A stretch of 64,000 nt of DNA from Pecten maximus. Lineage: Eukaryota. A model generated the notes under the pieces. That model saw only the letters and a program-made list of their open reading frames with translations. It was not told the DNA's origin and made no database searches. The number at the start of each line of letters is the position of its first letter. Position 1 is the first letter of the stretch. The stretch lies in assembly GCF_902652985.1 (NCBI RefSeq), contig NC_047022.1:14446001-14510000 (forward strand), read 5' to 3'. Positions 1 to 12,321 of the stretch are shown piece after piece. The translations under genes were made by a program, and so were the position numbers.

Positions 1-105
1 TCTACATTATCATTAGTAAGCAGAGGTTTAAGCAGAACGTGTGTGTTTATCTGGTGTGGGAAGACAAAAGCACAGAGGGTCATTATAACGTAGTAAAATC
101 ATATA

Positions 106-1153
106 CAGTCAAACTTCGATGTTTCGAAGTTCAAGGGACTAACAGAAAAACTTCGAAACAGCGGGACTTCGAATTATTCATGGTTGACAATAGATCGATG
201 TTTTCTTGATAATGACCATATCTGTTAACGTTATATGTCTCTGCATGTCCTCAGTGTCTTCGTGTTGATCGTCGCCTGTCGTGCTCACATCGAAAAGTTT
301 AGTTAATTTATACCTCAAACACAACAAAATAAAAATTCTTTTCATTAATTATACCTAAGCATTTTATTAATCAAACAAAATATGTATCGGTTACAAAACA
401 CTTATATCGCGTTTAACAGATAAAGCAAAAGAAGTACAATGCACACTTACGTAAGCCGGTAGGCTTTTCTGCTAAAGACACGTGCGTTTACGTTATGTGC
501 ATATAAAATACGGAATGCCGATCGGTTGGAGAATGCATGATTGAATGACAAACAATCGATTTACTTGGATATTTATGTATAAGTTTGAACCGTGACACTT
601 TGAATATGAGTAAAGCCATCGCTAATTGTTTGTGTTTAAAATTGGTCCGGTTGTTTTACAGTTCCGTAAAATTTACTCACCAACCGCTGATTTCAATGGC
701 GGCGGAGATTATCAGAGACGACTACCGAAATGTTTTACCGGAGTGATTAAATGTCATGGCTTCTAAATACACCTTTTATCTATCAATTTGGTCTGATTAT
801 TAATTAACCCCATGACCGGGAGTGACAACACACGCTATCGTTATCCCTATTGTCAGTCAGGGCATTTGGGGGAGAGGTGTGAAATCTTGCCGCAGGGGTC
901 ACGACAAACACCTGTCCAGTGGTCAGTACAGGTAAATTTTTTGTTCGAATCATGAGATGTCAATTACCTATAATATCATAGCTAACGGGTCATGAAAAAA
1001 GTTCGATACATCGAAAACTTCGATTTATAAAACTTCGAATCATACATAGTTTCGTTAGTAGTGTTATATAGTGGGAAAATTCGGGACAAAGCAAAAAGTT
1101 CGATACAGCGAGAAATTCGAATCAACGAAGTTCGAATCATCAAGGTTTGACTG
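106..1153. mobile_element. Non-autonomous Tc1/mariner (pogo/Tigger-like) DNA transposon
   Basis: TIRs CAGTCAAAC (106) and GTTTGACTG (ends 1153), TA on both sides (104-105, 1154-1155), many subterminal TTCGA repeats at both ends, no transposase ORF. Confidence 0.8.
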
Positions 1154-2338
1154 TACATCTACAACGACTGTATACATTATACGTCGAAATTCTTTTAGTA
1201 TATTTATGTAATTTGTGGTTCTATGTCTACGTGTATCGCGCTATTGTATAACTGTCTCATCATGAAGCATGACACTTTTATCTATGACTAGCTCAGAGAC
1301 GTACATTGTGTAGTCTCGGATGTTAGATGGGTAAAGCACCGCCATATATATTATTATATTATTTTACTCTCCTAACGGAGACAGATTTTTTTGGCAAACC
1401 GAGGTATTTTTCGGTGGATCAATTGCGATCTTATTGAAATACACGGAATATTCGGTATATATAAATGTTTTTACTGATTTTTGCAAAATGTCCGAAATTT
1501 GACAATTTCGATTGCTTATCACAGAATCACTGTCTTGATGTATTTGAAAGCTTGGTTTAAGATTATTGCTGATACTTATTCATCATTTCTTTCAGGAGTA
1601 ATAGTTATAGCAAACAGAATGAAAAAAATGAGGTCGTAGTATAAACCGCGTTGTTGGATTATGGATAGATAGCTTTAGAAATGTGTTCATCCGTTTGTTA
1701 ATATGATCGTTTCTTCGTAACATTCCTTACACTGGGTATTAATTACAGATAATTTTACTCCATGCTACTAGGTTATAATGTAGCTACAGCATAGAGAAAT
1801 ATTCTGGATTCGAGTGAGAGTGAAATGTGTTGTTTTTTGTGGTGGCATTAGTTATTGGTTTTCCATTAGATCTCCACTAGATAAAGAAAAGGGTAACCCA
1901 TTCTACCGTTCGTTGGTCGGAGGCAATTTCAACATACTAGTACTTACAAACGCCATAATTATATACAAGTGTACATTTTGGGACTGTCTCGTACAGAAAT
2001 AGACCATTCATGTAGTCTGTATGCAACGCTCAAAATGTTTTCAGATATTTGTGAATAATTTTGAAGGATTTCTCGATTTGCCAGGCGGATGTCGGCGATT
2101 TTTTTCCAAGGGTCCCCTTGCAATTTTATATCTTGTTCGAACCATTAACCAAAGCCCTCGTGCTATCGATTTAATGTTAAAATTGCTGGATTTTTTTTTA
2201 GTCGGTGTTTCCCGTTCTTTTTTATGAATAACAAAAGGTCGATGATAGACACTGTATGAATTATTTTACTTAGCAAAGTAACACTGTATGTGTTTCGGTA
2301 TTTAAGTATATCATGTTGATCAGATATAATAGCAATGT

Positions 2339-2570
2339 AATCATTTTGAATCCACGGAAACATTTTGTTATTTTTGGAATCATTTTAAATCCACGGAAAC
2401 ATTTTGTTATTTTCGGAATCATTTTAAATCCATGGAAACATTTTATTTTCGGAATTATTTTAAATCCATTGAAATGTTTTGTTATTTTCGGAATTATTTT
2501 AAATCCATGGAAGCATTTTGTTATTTTCGGAATTATTTTAAATCCATGGAAACATTTTGTTATTTTCGGA
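2339..2570. repeat. 39-bp minisatellite, ~6 copies
   Basis: Unit AATCATTTTAAATCCACGGAAACATTTTGTTATTTTCGG; explains the repetitive ORF IILNPRKHFVIFG. Confidence 0.9.
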
Positions 2571-3079
2571 GCCTGTCTGTTGACAACATCGTATCATCGA
2601 ACGATAATTCTGGTAGGATCGCTTTGTGTAAATAAGAAACGGCATGCGAGTCTTGAAACATAGTTATTGTTTGTGTCGCTCGTATAGACATGGTATGGTG
2701 TATAATTATTACGGATTAGAGTTGTCGGCCATTATATTGAATCCACGATTGCTGCCGTTTGTTTTGAATGAAGTTGGTCCAAATTTGAGACGTATTATCA
2801 CTCGGCTCCAGCACCTGTTACAACAAAATATCCTCTTGCATAATATTTCGGAGTTTGTTTCAATAGCTAGCTACCATTGATTGCATGACACACCTGGTTT
2901 TACCGCAATGGTAGTTAACATGGCATTCGTATTGATTTTTTCCCGTATCGCCGTGGTACATATGACACTGCGTGTTGGCGCTGTAGTATATTGTCCTTGT
3001 GTGTTGAAGCTTTAGTTTTTTACATTTTTTTTTCATCAATTTGTAACAGAACTTTTATGTGAATATAAGTTTTATTTCG

Positions 3080-3410
3080 TTACTAGTACAAGTTACACGC
3101 CAGGACAACATTAATATTTCATTACATTGTACAAGTACACTAATATTTCATTACTAGTACAAGTACACTAATATTTCATTACTAGTACAAGTACACTAAT
3201 ATTTCATTACTTGTACAAGTACACTAATATTTCATTACTAGTACAAGTACACTAATATTTCATTACTAGTACAAGTACACTAATATTTCATTACTAGTAC
3301 AAGTACACTAATATTTCATTACTAGTATAAGTACATTAATATTTCATTACTAGTATAAGTACGCTAATATTGTATTACTAGTACAAGTTATACGCCAGGA
3401 AAACACTAAT
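3080..3410. repeat. 28-bp minisatellite, ~10 copies
   Basis: Unit TAATATTTCATTACTAGTACAAGTACAC; first and last units are longer variants containing CGCCAGGA. Confidence 0.9.
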
Positions 3411-4174
3411 ATATCTGATATTTTTGGTATTGAAAATTGATCACGTTTCAGCTGTTTGTTCTATATAGATACTAGATCTAATAACAATTTTAAAAAACAC
3501 GGGATCAATGCATCATATTGTTAGCATACCAGATAAATACGCTGCAGTCCGAGTAAATCAACACTATATGATTATAAGCTAATGTTTGATTTCATGAGAA
3601 TTTCTTCACTTGTCTGATCCGCGTATTTTAAGGGCCTTTTTTTACAAAAGATAAGTTTTTATTTATCATTTCGGATTGCGGTAGGATAAGTTAATTACAC
3701 ACAATATTTTGTAGGTAGAGATCGGGTTGTGTAGAAAATTGAATGAGTGCGGAACGAATTGAATCTGCGTGCGATAGTAACTTATCTGTTAAAGTGTTAG
3801 CGTTGTATACTAATACAAGAATATGTTTGTATCTCAAAACACGTATAGAAGTGATGTGTAAGGGTCGGAGAGATTTATCAATCTGGAGAGATTTGTTTTA
3901 AATAAAAGATATATATAATTTGTACATGAGTATAAGGTGTTATGCAGTGTAAATATTATGTAAAAATGGGTATAGCTATAATAAATGTAAATTGAATAAA
4001 AAATGAAATACACTAGATCCGTGTCTGTTCTTTTTGAGTCTTTGGTGCTTTGAAAGGTAAAGCTTGTGGAATAAAAAAAATCTAGATTGCGCTTCATTTG
4101 GTAGAAATATACATTTCATTATTTTGTTCATCCCATCGTGTCGAGTCCCGGATGTTAGGCAGGGATAGGTTCGC

Positions 4175-4620
4175 AAGGACGCTCTACCGACTTTATTAAT
4201 GATCTAATTTTCCTGAAAGTTCATACACTTATTAACAACCATCGTCTCTTGTACGAGTTCTCGTTTCAACCACATGAGTTCTAAAATGAGGTCACTGTAA
4301 CTATGAATAGATTTTCGGCGTTCTTGCTGTACAGACTTCATTAGTTATCCAATTTTCCTGAAAAATTATATACTTATTCTCATCTCATGAAGGAATTCGC
4401 GTTTCAATCACATGGATAAAAAATGAGGTCGTTGTTACTTTAAATTCTCGATGTCCTCGTTCTTACCGACTTCATTAATGATCCAATTTTCCTGAAATTT
4501 CATACACTGACAACTATCTTCTCTTGCACTATAAATTGATTTTCCGACGTTCTTGCAGACTTCCAACTTCATGAATGTTCCAATTCTCCTGAAACTTTAC
4601 ATACTTACTCTCAACTCGTT
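4175..4620. repeat. Degenerate ~100-140-bp tandem repeat (Helentron-associated satellite-like)
   Basis: Motif ACCGACTTCATTAATGATCCAATTTTCCTGAAA..TCATACACT recurs ~4 times, with GAGGTC motifs. Confidence 0.6.
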
Positions 4621-5212
4621 TTGTGAACTTAGAACCTCTTACCGAATCTTCACAGTTGTTGATAAGATAGACCATTGGTATTCGAACAGTATGAAGTGAT
4701 CTGTTTGGATTGTATCCCCAACGCGCTACCTTTTAATGAGCACTACACCACACTAGTAGTGGACCGAAAAGTGTCAACAATTGGAACACAAACATATAAT
4801 TCCAATCATGTCCAAATGTCCACACGTTCTACTTAGGTTACATAAGAAACAATCCTGGATATTTTCGATATTTTTGCCTACTTTGACCATTTTTGTATAA
4901 ATGTTCGACATACCCGGGCCCAGTTCCTTAAATTAAAGACATCACTGAACGTTTTCCACAGGGAATCACCATTGGAGTTTAGGAAATAATTCTTCGTTAG
5001 GGAACATTCGCTGAATTCTGTAATTCCTTCCAATTGAAACTGTCTAGCTAGGGACAGTAGCCAATAATCGTCTGTGATCACGTAGAAGTAATTTGATCTA
5101 CACCTGAACAAACATTAATTAAGATGAACAGTTCTATACTAAATAGTATAAATACGACATGAAAACTTGACATATTTCAAACGTCTTTATTGCATTATCT
5201 TAATTTATTTTT

Positions 5213-8200
5213 CTACTGTTTCGGTGCGTTAGACTCATCAGACCATTTATGGATGTCAGTGGTTCCGATGTGCGATTCCCAGTTTTGACCGTCAAACGTC
5301 TCCACGACCATGCTCTCTATTGTTCCGCCATCAATGCAGTGTGGACATACGCCTGAGTAGGTTAAAAATGGATAAAAAACAAACAAGTTTGACCTTTTTG
5401 TATTATTGATATTGTGTGATAATGTATTGTTAGTCCGAATGTTATTGTTACGTTTGGTCTCTGACGAAGTTGAAACGAGGACGAGTTTTCGGATAATTTG
5501 AATATGTAGTCTAGTTGAATAGAGTGACTTGAACGCCATTTTATTGTACTTTTCAACTTCAATTCAATTCAATTCATTTATTGTTTTATATATACATGAC
5601 CGATAATTACATACAATATAGTAAAAGGTAGGTAATAAACACACAGACCTCGCATGCACACACACATATCTCACATACACACACATATCTCACTCAGATA
5701 GCTTGTCGCAGGACGTCTTTTGAGAAAAATAATAATTGTACAAACGAGAAACAAGTGAATAGCACCTTTAAAGATGAGGTCAGTAAAAGAAACAGTTGAT
5801 GTTTAATATACGTGGTATATATAACTGCATCATAGAGCTGTTAATTACTTGTATTCACAGCCGCCTGGGGACAGAGCCCATAGCTTACCTACATGGCGAA
5901 CTCTCAACCCAAAATGCCAGCAGTAAGGTAATATAAAATAGAAGGTAGCTTGTTAATGACTGAGAAAAACAGTCTCTAGTGAATCGTACGTCCTGTCAGT
6001 AAGAACGAGAACAATTGCAGATAGATATTCAGAACCCTTCCCAACGTATTAACGACATGGTGGTAATTAAAACAAGCAGCTGCTTCAGTGCTTATTGCAT
6101 TGCTCTAATGGATGGTACATACTGGGGTAATTCCATCACATGAGGACGGCGTTATCGCTAGCTTACCTTGATTTAGTTGTAACTTACCTCGCTATACCGG
6201 GTAATTCCATTTACTGGGTAATTCCACCACACGAGGACGGCGTTATATCTAGCTTACTTTGATTTAATTGTCACTTACCTCGCTATACCGGGTAATTCCA
6301 TTTACTGGGTAATTCCATCACATGAGGACGGCGTTATCGCTAGCTTACTTTGATTTTATTGTGACTAACCTCGCTATACCGGGTAATTCCATTTACTGGG
6401 TAATTCCATCACATTAGGACGGCATTATCGCAAGATTACTTTGATTTTGTTGTGACTAACCCAACTATACTGGGTAATTCCATCACATTAGGACGGCATT
6501 ATCGCTAGATTACTTTGATTTTGTTGTGACTAACCCAACTATACTGGGTAATTCCACCACACGAGGACGGCGTTATATCTAGCTTACTTTGATTTAATTG
6601 TGACTAACCTCACTATACTGGGTAATTCCATCACATTAGGACGGCCTTATATCTAGCTTACTTTGATTTTATTGTGACTAACCTCACTATACTGGGTAAT
6701 TCCATCACATTAATTAGGACGGTGTTATCGCTAGCTTACTTTGATTTTATTGTGACTAACCTCACTATACTGGGTAATTCCATCACATTAGGACGGCGTC
6801 ATATCTAGTTTACCTTGATGTTATTGGTGTTATTGATGTTATTGGGTCGCTATTTGTGTTTGCCATTGACTCACCATATCCGTCCGGATTGGATCTTGGT
6901 TTGTAGAAGCTCTGGACTCCACATACTCTACAGAACATGTGTTTGGCTTGGTGTGTGTTGAATGTGTACGTTGTTATACTGTCCATGCCCTGTTAACAGT
7001 ACATATGTTAATGTGACTCACAAAAAAACAACATATTCCAATGCAATATTATCATTACTGACAAGGTACACAATGTGAAACCGGAAGTGTTTTAAGGTCA
7101 AATAAAAAATGAACCATTATATAAGGTACAAAAATATGTCTCGGGTTATAAAACGTTATAAGAAGTTTAAACTGTTTTCGGGTGGGTTTTTTCGGTCCCA
7201 AACTTTATGCTTTCATTCTGCTGCAATACTGGGCAAATAGCTTGATTCCCGGGGCTTCTTGCTAGTCGGAAGTAGTTTCAAGATTTTAACACATTCGACA
7301 AACGTGGCGCTAAATTGTTTAGGATCATATGTTTGAATCTTATTGAACAGATTTATATCTCAGTGTCTATTAACGAGATGTCATAACCCCATACTTTATT
7401 ATCAAGAAGGTGGGTTTTTAACGATTGACCCCTTTGACCTTTCAGTTTCGCTCTGTACGTGCTACCTATTAGAGAAATAAATGCACATCATTTAATAATA
7501 ATCATATTGTATAAAGAGAACTTTGAGTATAACTAGGTGATTAGATACATTTGTATATAATCCAGACTCGATCCAATTTATCGCTTACCCCTCCGGTTCA
7601 TGTACCTAGTCGTATAACAGCCAGTGTTTTCTATCATTTGATGACATTTTTATAGAACTTCGACTTAAGTTGACGGACAAAACAGACTAACCAGAACCCA
7701 AAGCGTGTTTAACATTAAAATAGTATTATGATTATTGTATACGTGTCCCTACTAGTAGAGTTGATGCAATCTCTCCCAGAGTGCATTGCGGTTCCCTTCA
7801 TAACACCGTGTTATGAAGGGAACCGCAATGAACTCTGGGAGAGATTGGAGTTGATGAATACATCTGTTGCACAAGCAACGTGTTGTCCTGCTTGACAATT
7901 ACGATACCTAGTCCAGCAATGTTTAGCAGTAATTCGTGTTTGTCATATGCATGCAAGTCTATTGTGACCATTACTAAAATGTATACTATCATTGGAAATT
8001 CTTCGAACTGTATCAATTATCAACATTACGTCTACTTAAAATGCAAGGAGACATCTTGCATCACAAGACACTTAAATAAAATATCTGAACGCAGCTGGAT
8101 TAATGCAGGGGTCATTGAGGATAATCCATTAAAAAGGAAAGTCGCTTAATCTTTTCATAACAAGTTAGATATAAAAATACCAATACACTACCGACTTACC

Positions 8201-8910
8201 TTTGTGTACAGAAATATGGGTGGAGTCAACCACCTCATGAATATATATAATGAGATTGGAATCGCTACCCTGCATTAAACCAGCTGCAAAGAAAATCAAG
8301 CTTACCTGCAGGAGTTTGAATTTCGACTCCGGCACAATGAAATGCTTATTCTGCTTCTTAGCACATATGGAGCAGCTACAATATATACATGTACATGTGT
8401 ATATATATAACTTAGCAACACAAATGACGACGGAAGACAACTTTTTGACTCGTGCCCTGACCGAGCCTCGAACTCACGATCTACGGCACCCAATCGCCTA
8501 GCCAGAAATACCCGCAGCCTATACCGCTGCGCCACATCGGCGTTCTTAGAAAAGAATGTTTCAATGGCGCAACGATGGTCGGGCTGATACCCTGACATGA
8601 TCATTGTGGAGGTCGTCTATAAGATTATATGAATACCTGGATCGCAATGTATTTACATACATGGATACGAATTATATCTATATATATAGCATATATCAGG
8701 AAATATCAACATATTAAGAGGAACAATGGGATATTACCATAAGTTTATATTGTAGTGATACTAGTAATACACTTTGTAAACAAAACTATAGAAATGATTT
8801 ATTCCATACTTGCAGTCGTATACATGGACTTTCCTTGGTGCCATGACTTCAAACCTGACGGCTCCACAATGACACCCGCCCGCGTGCTTCACGACGTCGT
8901 CGTCCGACAT
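5213..8910 (-). CDS. CENPV: Centromere protein V (CENP-V/GFA family), ~141 aa, 4 coding exons
   Basis: Exons (-): 8910-8810, 8375-8306, 6989-6875, 5352-5213; all GT-AG, phases consistent, 426 nt. Translation MSDDDVVKHAGGCHCGAVRFEV...DCNCSICAKKQNKHFIVP...YTFNTHQAKHMFCRVCGVQSFYKPRSNPDGYGVCPHCID...FDGQNWE carries the GFA motifs GGCHCG, CNCSIC and FCxxCG. AATAAA on the minus strand at 5186-5191. Confidence 0.95.
6113..6820. repeat. Minisatellite with ~75/92-bp units, ~9 copies (CENPV intron 3)
   Basis: Unit ACTGGGTAATTCCATCACATTAGGACGGCGTTATCGCTAGCTTACTTTGATTTTATTGTGACTAACCTCACTAT; early copies carry an extra GGGTAATTCCATTT. Confidence 0.9.
7767..7847. mobile_element. 81-bp palindromic MITE with 9-bp TSD
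   Basis: 40-bp arms (one mismatch) around a 1-nt centre; termini CAATCT...AGATTG; direct repeat GAGTTGATG at 7758-7766 and 7848-7856. Confidence 0.85.
8405..8570 (-). mobile_element. Interspersed repeat with tRNA-like head (family A, copy 1)
   Basis: Minus strand GCCGATGTGGCGCAGCGGTATAGG...GAGTTCGAGGCTCGGTCAGGGC has A-box and B-box-like motifs; related copies at ~29000-29140 and ~53335-53425. Confidence 0.75.
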
Positions 8911-10831
8911 ATCTATAACTGGTCCATCAATAATAATAGTAAAAAAAAAAACAGAAACAAAAAACAGCTCGTGTTAAAGAGGCTTGCCCGCAGAGAGATC
9001 AGAAAAATTGGCTAATAGAAAAAGATTTTTTACACATGACAGATTGTTGGAATTGTTGAGTTTTTCGTTTTATGTTCCTTATAAAACGCTGAAGAGTGTT
9101 ATTAAAACCTCATTTTTTAAATATTATTTATTTAATCGCAACCCGCAATAAGTCCCCGCTATAAAGTGGAGTCTAATTTGATTGACACATCAAAGAAACA
9201 AGCACGTGCACAGTGCCACACAGTGATAACTTCAAAGGCAGCGGCGATTTACAAAGAAGATTTGCCGTTATATTCGATACATTTCCCTCTCAGGTTGAGT
9301 TTTAAAACGTCTTTTAAATACATATTCTGTAATTGTTTTCAAGAAATAAAGTCGGAAAGCCTCTAATTTTGTCACATAGAAACGTGTACTGAAGTTTATT
9401 TAGTGATCGGAGATGTGCCGTTTACCGGTCCGTCTGCGGGTAAGCCTCTTTAAAGCTTTAAATACTATATATAGCAAATAATATATATCACCAATTTACA
9501 AGTTAATGTATCGCTCATACTCAAGAATGAATTTGTATGATAGGTTTTCCTGTACATCACAACGTGCTTCTAATTAAATATATGTTAATAGACCTACTTT
9601 ATTCAATTAAGGCTGAAGATTCTGGCTAGAAAAGTTTGAAGACAGCGGCGATTTCTAATAGATAGCGACACTATAGTTACACTGTTCTATTTTTAACAAG
9701 TTGGACGGAATCTCTCAACCGTGATATCAACGTCTTCTCCACAAATCTGACTAATACCAGTGTCATAGTGTCACGTAGGAAGACATGTACTAATCCATAC
9801 TTATATATATATATAAGTGTGATATATCTAGTACATGGACGTGTGTGAAAGGCATGACCTGGTCGGTATGACATACATACTTACTTATTTGATGGAGAGT
9901 AAAACTAGGTCGTACCTCAAAGGAATGACACAGGGGAAGCAACTCTAGGTAGATTTGCACTACTTACCGGGTAGACCATACTATACTAGTTTAGCGAAGT
10001 GTGTAGAGCTACCGGAAGCCAACGCTAGTTATGCAGACAATTCTTTAAGGTTTGGTTGAGTTAGCGTAAATCTCAAAGTATCCTCTTCTTTTACTAAATG
10101 GCCAATTAACGCTATTGCAATAGTTGTAGCTTTTAGTTCAGCTACGCCATCGGTTCTTTACTTTTAGTTTTACTGGTGTGGTGTCAACCACGGTGTTCAG
10201 TCCATTTGTGGCTTTGTAGTGATGATATCACTAGAAAGGCGTCCGTTAGTGACCAACGGTTTATTTTAAACATCCAGTTCCTTACAATAGCCAATCTGAT
10301 TAATTGCATACTAGAACGTAGGCTTAGCAAACGAAGGCGTGAATAGAGGATTTGTTATTGTGCAACAACTACTAATAAGCGCTCCCTTGTCGGTTATAAT
10401 AAAAAATCCTACGAACGGTCCACGATTCCAGTAAATCAGAAATGTTATGATATGTGTTCAAAACAATTACGTGCGTGTTCTCAATCTGCAATCTGCGTTC
10501 ACCTTATTGCATTCGTGTAGAAATAAATACAATCTGGCGACCGTTCAATGGTTTTATTTAATGAATAACTATACTCTGGATGCCATGGAAAACATTTGTT
10601 TCCCTTAACGAGAGGATGAACTCCATTGATTTGGGGGTCAAATGTCAAGGTCAATGTCATTTAACGATTCAGATCCGTTTATACGTCGACACAATTTATA
10701 TAGAATAGTCATCAGAGTCAACAACACTCGCAATACCCCGTCTTCATGAGGGGCGTGCATATGTACTCTATTATGTTATGAATCGTTGATTTAAAAACCA
10801 TTTTGGTTGACCTCGGCGGAACCAAAGGGGC

Positions 10832-11030
10832 TTTTTTTTTTTTTTTTTAACGTCCTATTAACAGCCAGGGTCATTTAAGGTGCAGGTGGAGGAAAGCCGG
10901 AGTACCCGGAGAAAAACCACCGGCCTACGGTCAGTACCTGGCAACTGCCCCACGTAGGTTTCGAATTCGCAACCCAGGGCTATAGTGATAAAGTGTCGGG
11001 ACACCTTAACCACTCAGCCACCGCGGCCCC
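10832..11030 (-). mobile_element. tRNA-derived SINE with V/Meta-type central domain
   Basis: Minus strand GGGGCCGCGGTGGCTGAGTGGTTAAGG (A box), GAATTCGAAACC (B box), GGTTTTTCTCCGGGTACTCCGGCTTTCCTCCACC (core), poly(A) tail; diverged TSD CCAAAGGGGCTT / CCACAGGGTCTT. Confidence 0.85.
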
Positions 11031-11310
11031 TCCACAGGGTCTTGAATTAAGAGATAGCCATAAATACCTATATACTTAATATGTATGTATTTCTGGGATT
11101 CTTTTTAAATATAAGACTAGACATGCCCCTGTGGCGGAACTATGGCAAGGAATCTGTATGATGATGTTTGAAGCAGCGGTTAATTATACCTTTGCTCTCT
11201 GCCGGTAAGAACATGTACAAACTGTATTATAATACAGTGGATAAAGAAAAATAGCTCTACCACACTAAATATTATACAATCTGCATATATAAATGGGGAA
11301 ATACTGATGA

Positions 11311-11553
11311 CAATCTAATTAAAATTAGACTTGTAATTTCCGTTCCTCTACGATACACTGCAATACAAGATCTAACGACGCCCCGTAGGAGGTCATCTCA
11401 GCATGACCTTTGAGCTCAGCCAATCAGCGCGTCGCCTAGAAATTTTCGGTGTGATTTCGTTCTTCGGAAGTATAAATACTTACGTAACGTTCCCGAGGTA
11501 TTGCAGTGTATCGTAGAGGAACGGAAATTACAAGTCTAATTTTAATTAGATTG
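11311..11553. mobile_element. 243-bp MITE with 56-bp perfect TIRs and 9-bp TSD (Mutator-like)
   Basis: TIR CAATCTAATTAAAATTAGACTTGTAATTTCCGTTCCTCTACGATACACTGCAATAC; TSD TACTGATGA at 11302-11310 and 11554-11562. Confidence 0.9.
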
Positions 11554-11828
11554 TACTGATGACTAACTGAATGTACACAAAGGTAATAATCCCTTAATCT
11601 ACCATCTTGATCTTATTACTAATTATTTGTATCATAATAAAGAAGAAATCATTGTAACAGTTTTATTAGGTGTTCCTAATAATAAATAAATGAAACTATA
11701 CATGTAGTTGTTTAAATCAACATAATGCTCATAATGTAACTTTAAATGGGCGGAAGAAGCGTACGGGCGGTTGGTACCCTCTTTCGATTTCTAGCGACAA
11801 TTCATTCAGGATGGTCCCTCCTGTGTGC

Positions 11829-12009
11829 TAGTCCTATAATATAAGACTTCGAAGGTTCATATCGTGATTTTTTACGTTTATTATCGGATAATTACATTTT
11901 TGTTATTTGTCGAATTTCGAGGTTCGACAAATAACAAAAATGTAAATATCCGATAATAAATGTAAAAAATCACGATATGAACAATATGAAGTCTTATATT
12001 ATAGGACTA
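11829..12009. mobile_element. 181-bp foldback MITE with 10-bp TSD (Mutator-like)
   Basis: Near-perfect palindrome TAGTCCTATAATATAAGACTTC...GAAGTCTTATATTATAGGACTA; TSD TCCTGTGTGC at 11819-11828 and 12010-12019. Confidence 0.9.
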
Positions 12010-12321
12010 TCCTGTGTGCGAGCGAGGTGCATACATGTACGTGTGATGATTGCGTGTGGGTTTTTGTATGGTCTTTGGCTCCTTTAAATAGCCGCCTTTA
12101 TAGTGCTATCTCACTGAAGCATACTGCCGAAGACACTATCCGACAGGCGGATGATGGAGTCTGCATATTGTAATGTTATCCAATGACACCAAGTGTGTGG
12201 AAAATGATTCATATCAACACTGCATGCAAACGTCATTTATTTCCGAATACATTACTACAAATAAAACAGGAAATGTCGCTTTCGGCGTCATCACTTAGAG
12301 TCCCACAATTCACCGCTATGT

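Noticed and set aside
2313-2663. 116-aa repetitive ORF
   Set aside because: Artefact of the 39-bp tandem repeat.
8440-8545. Possible functional tRNA gene (also 45285-45360, 55966-56050)
   Set aside because: A/B boxes are present but I could not fold a proper cloverleaf; family A is multi-copy and the others sit inside repeat elements.
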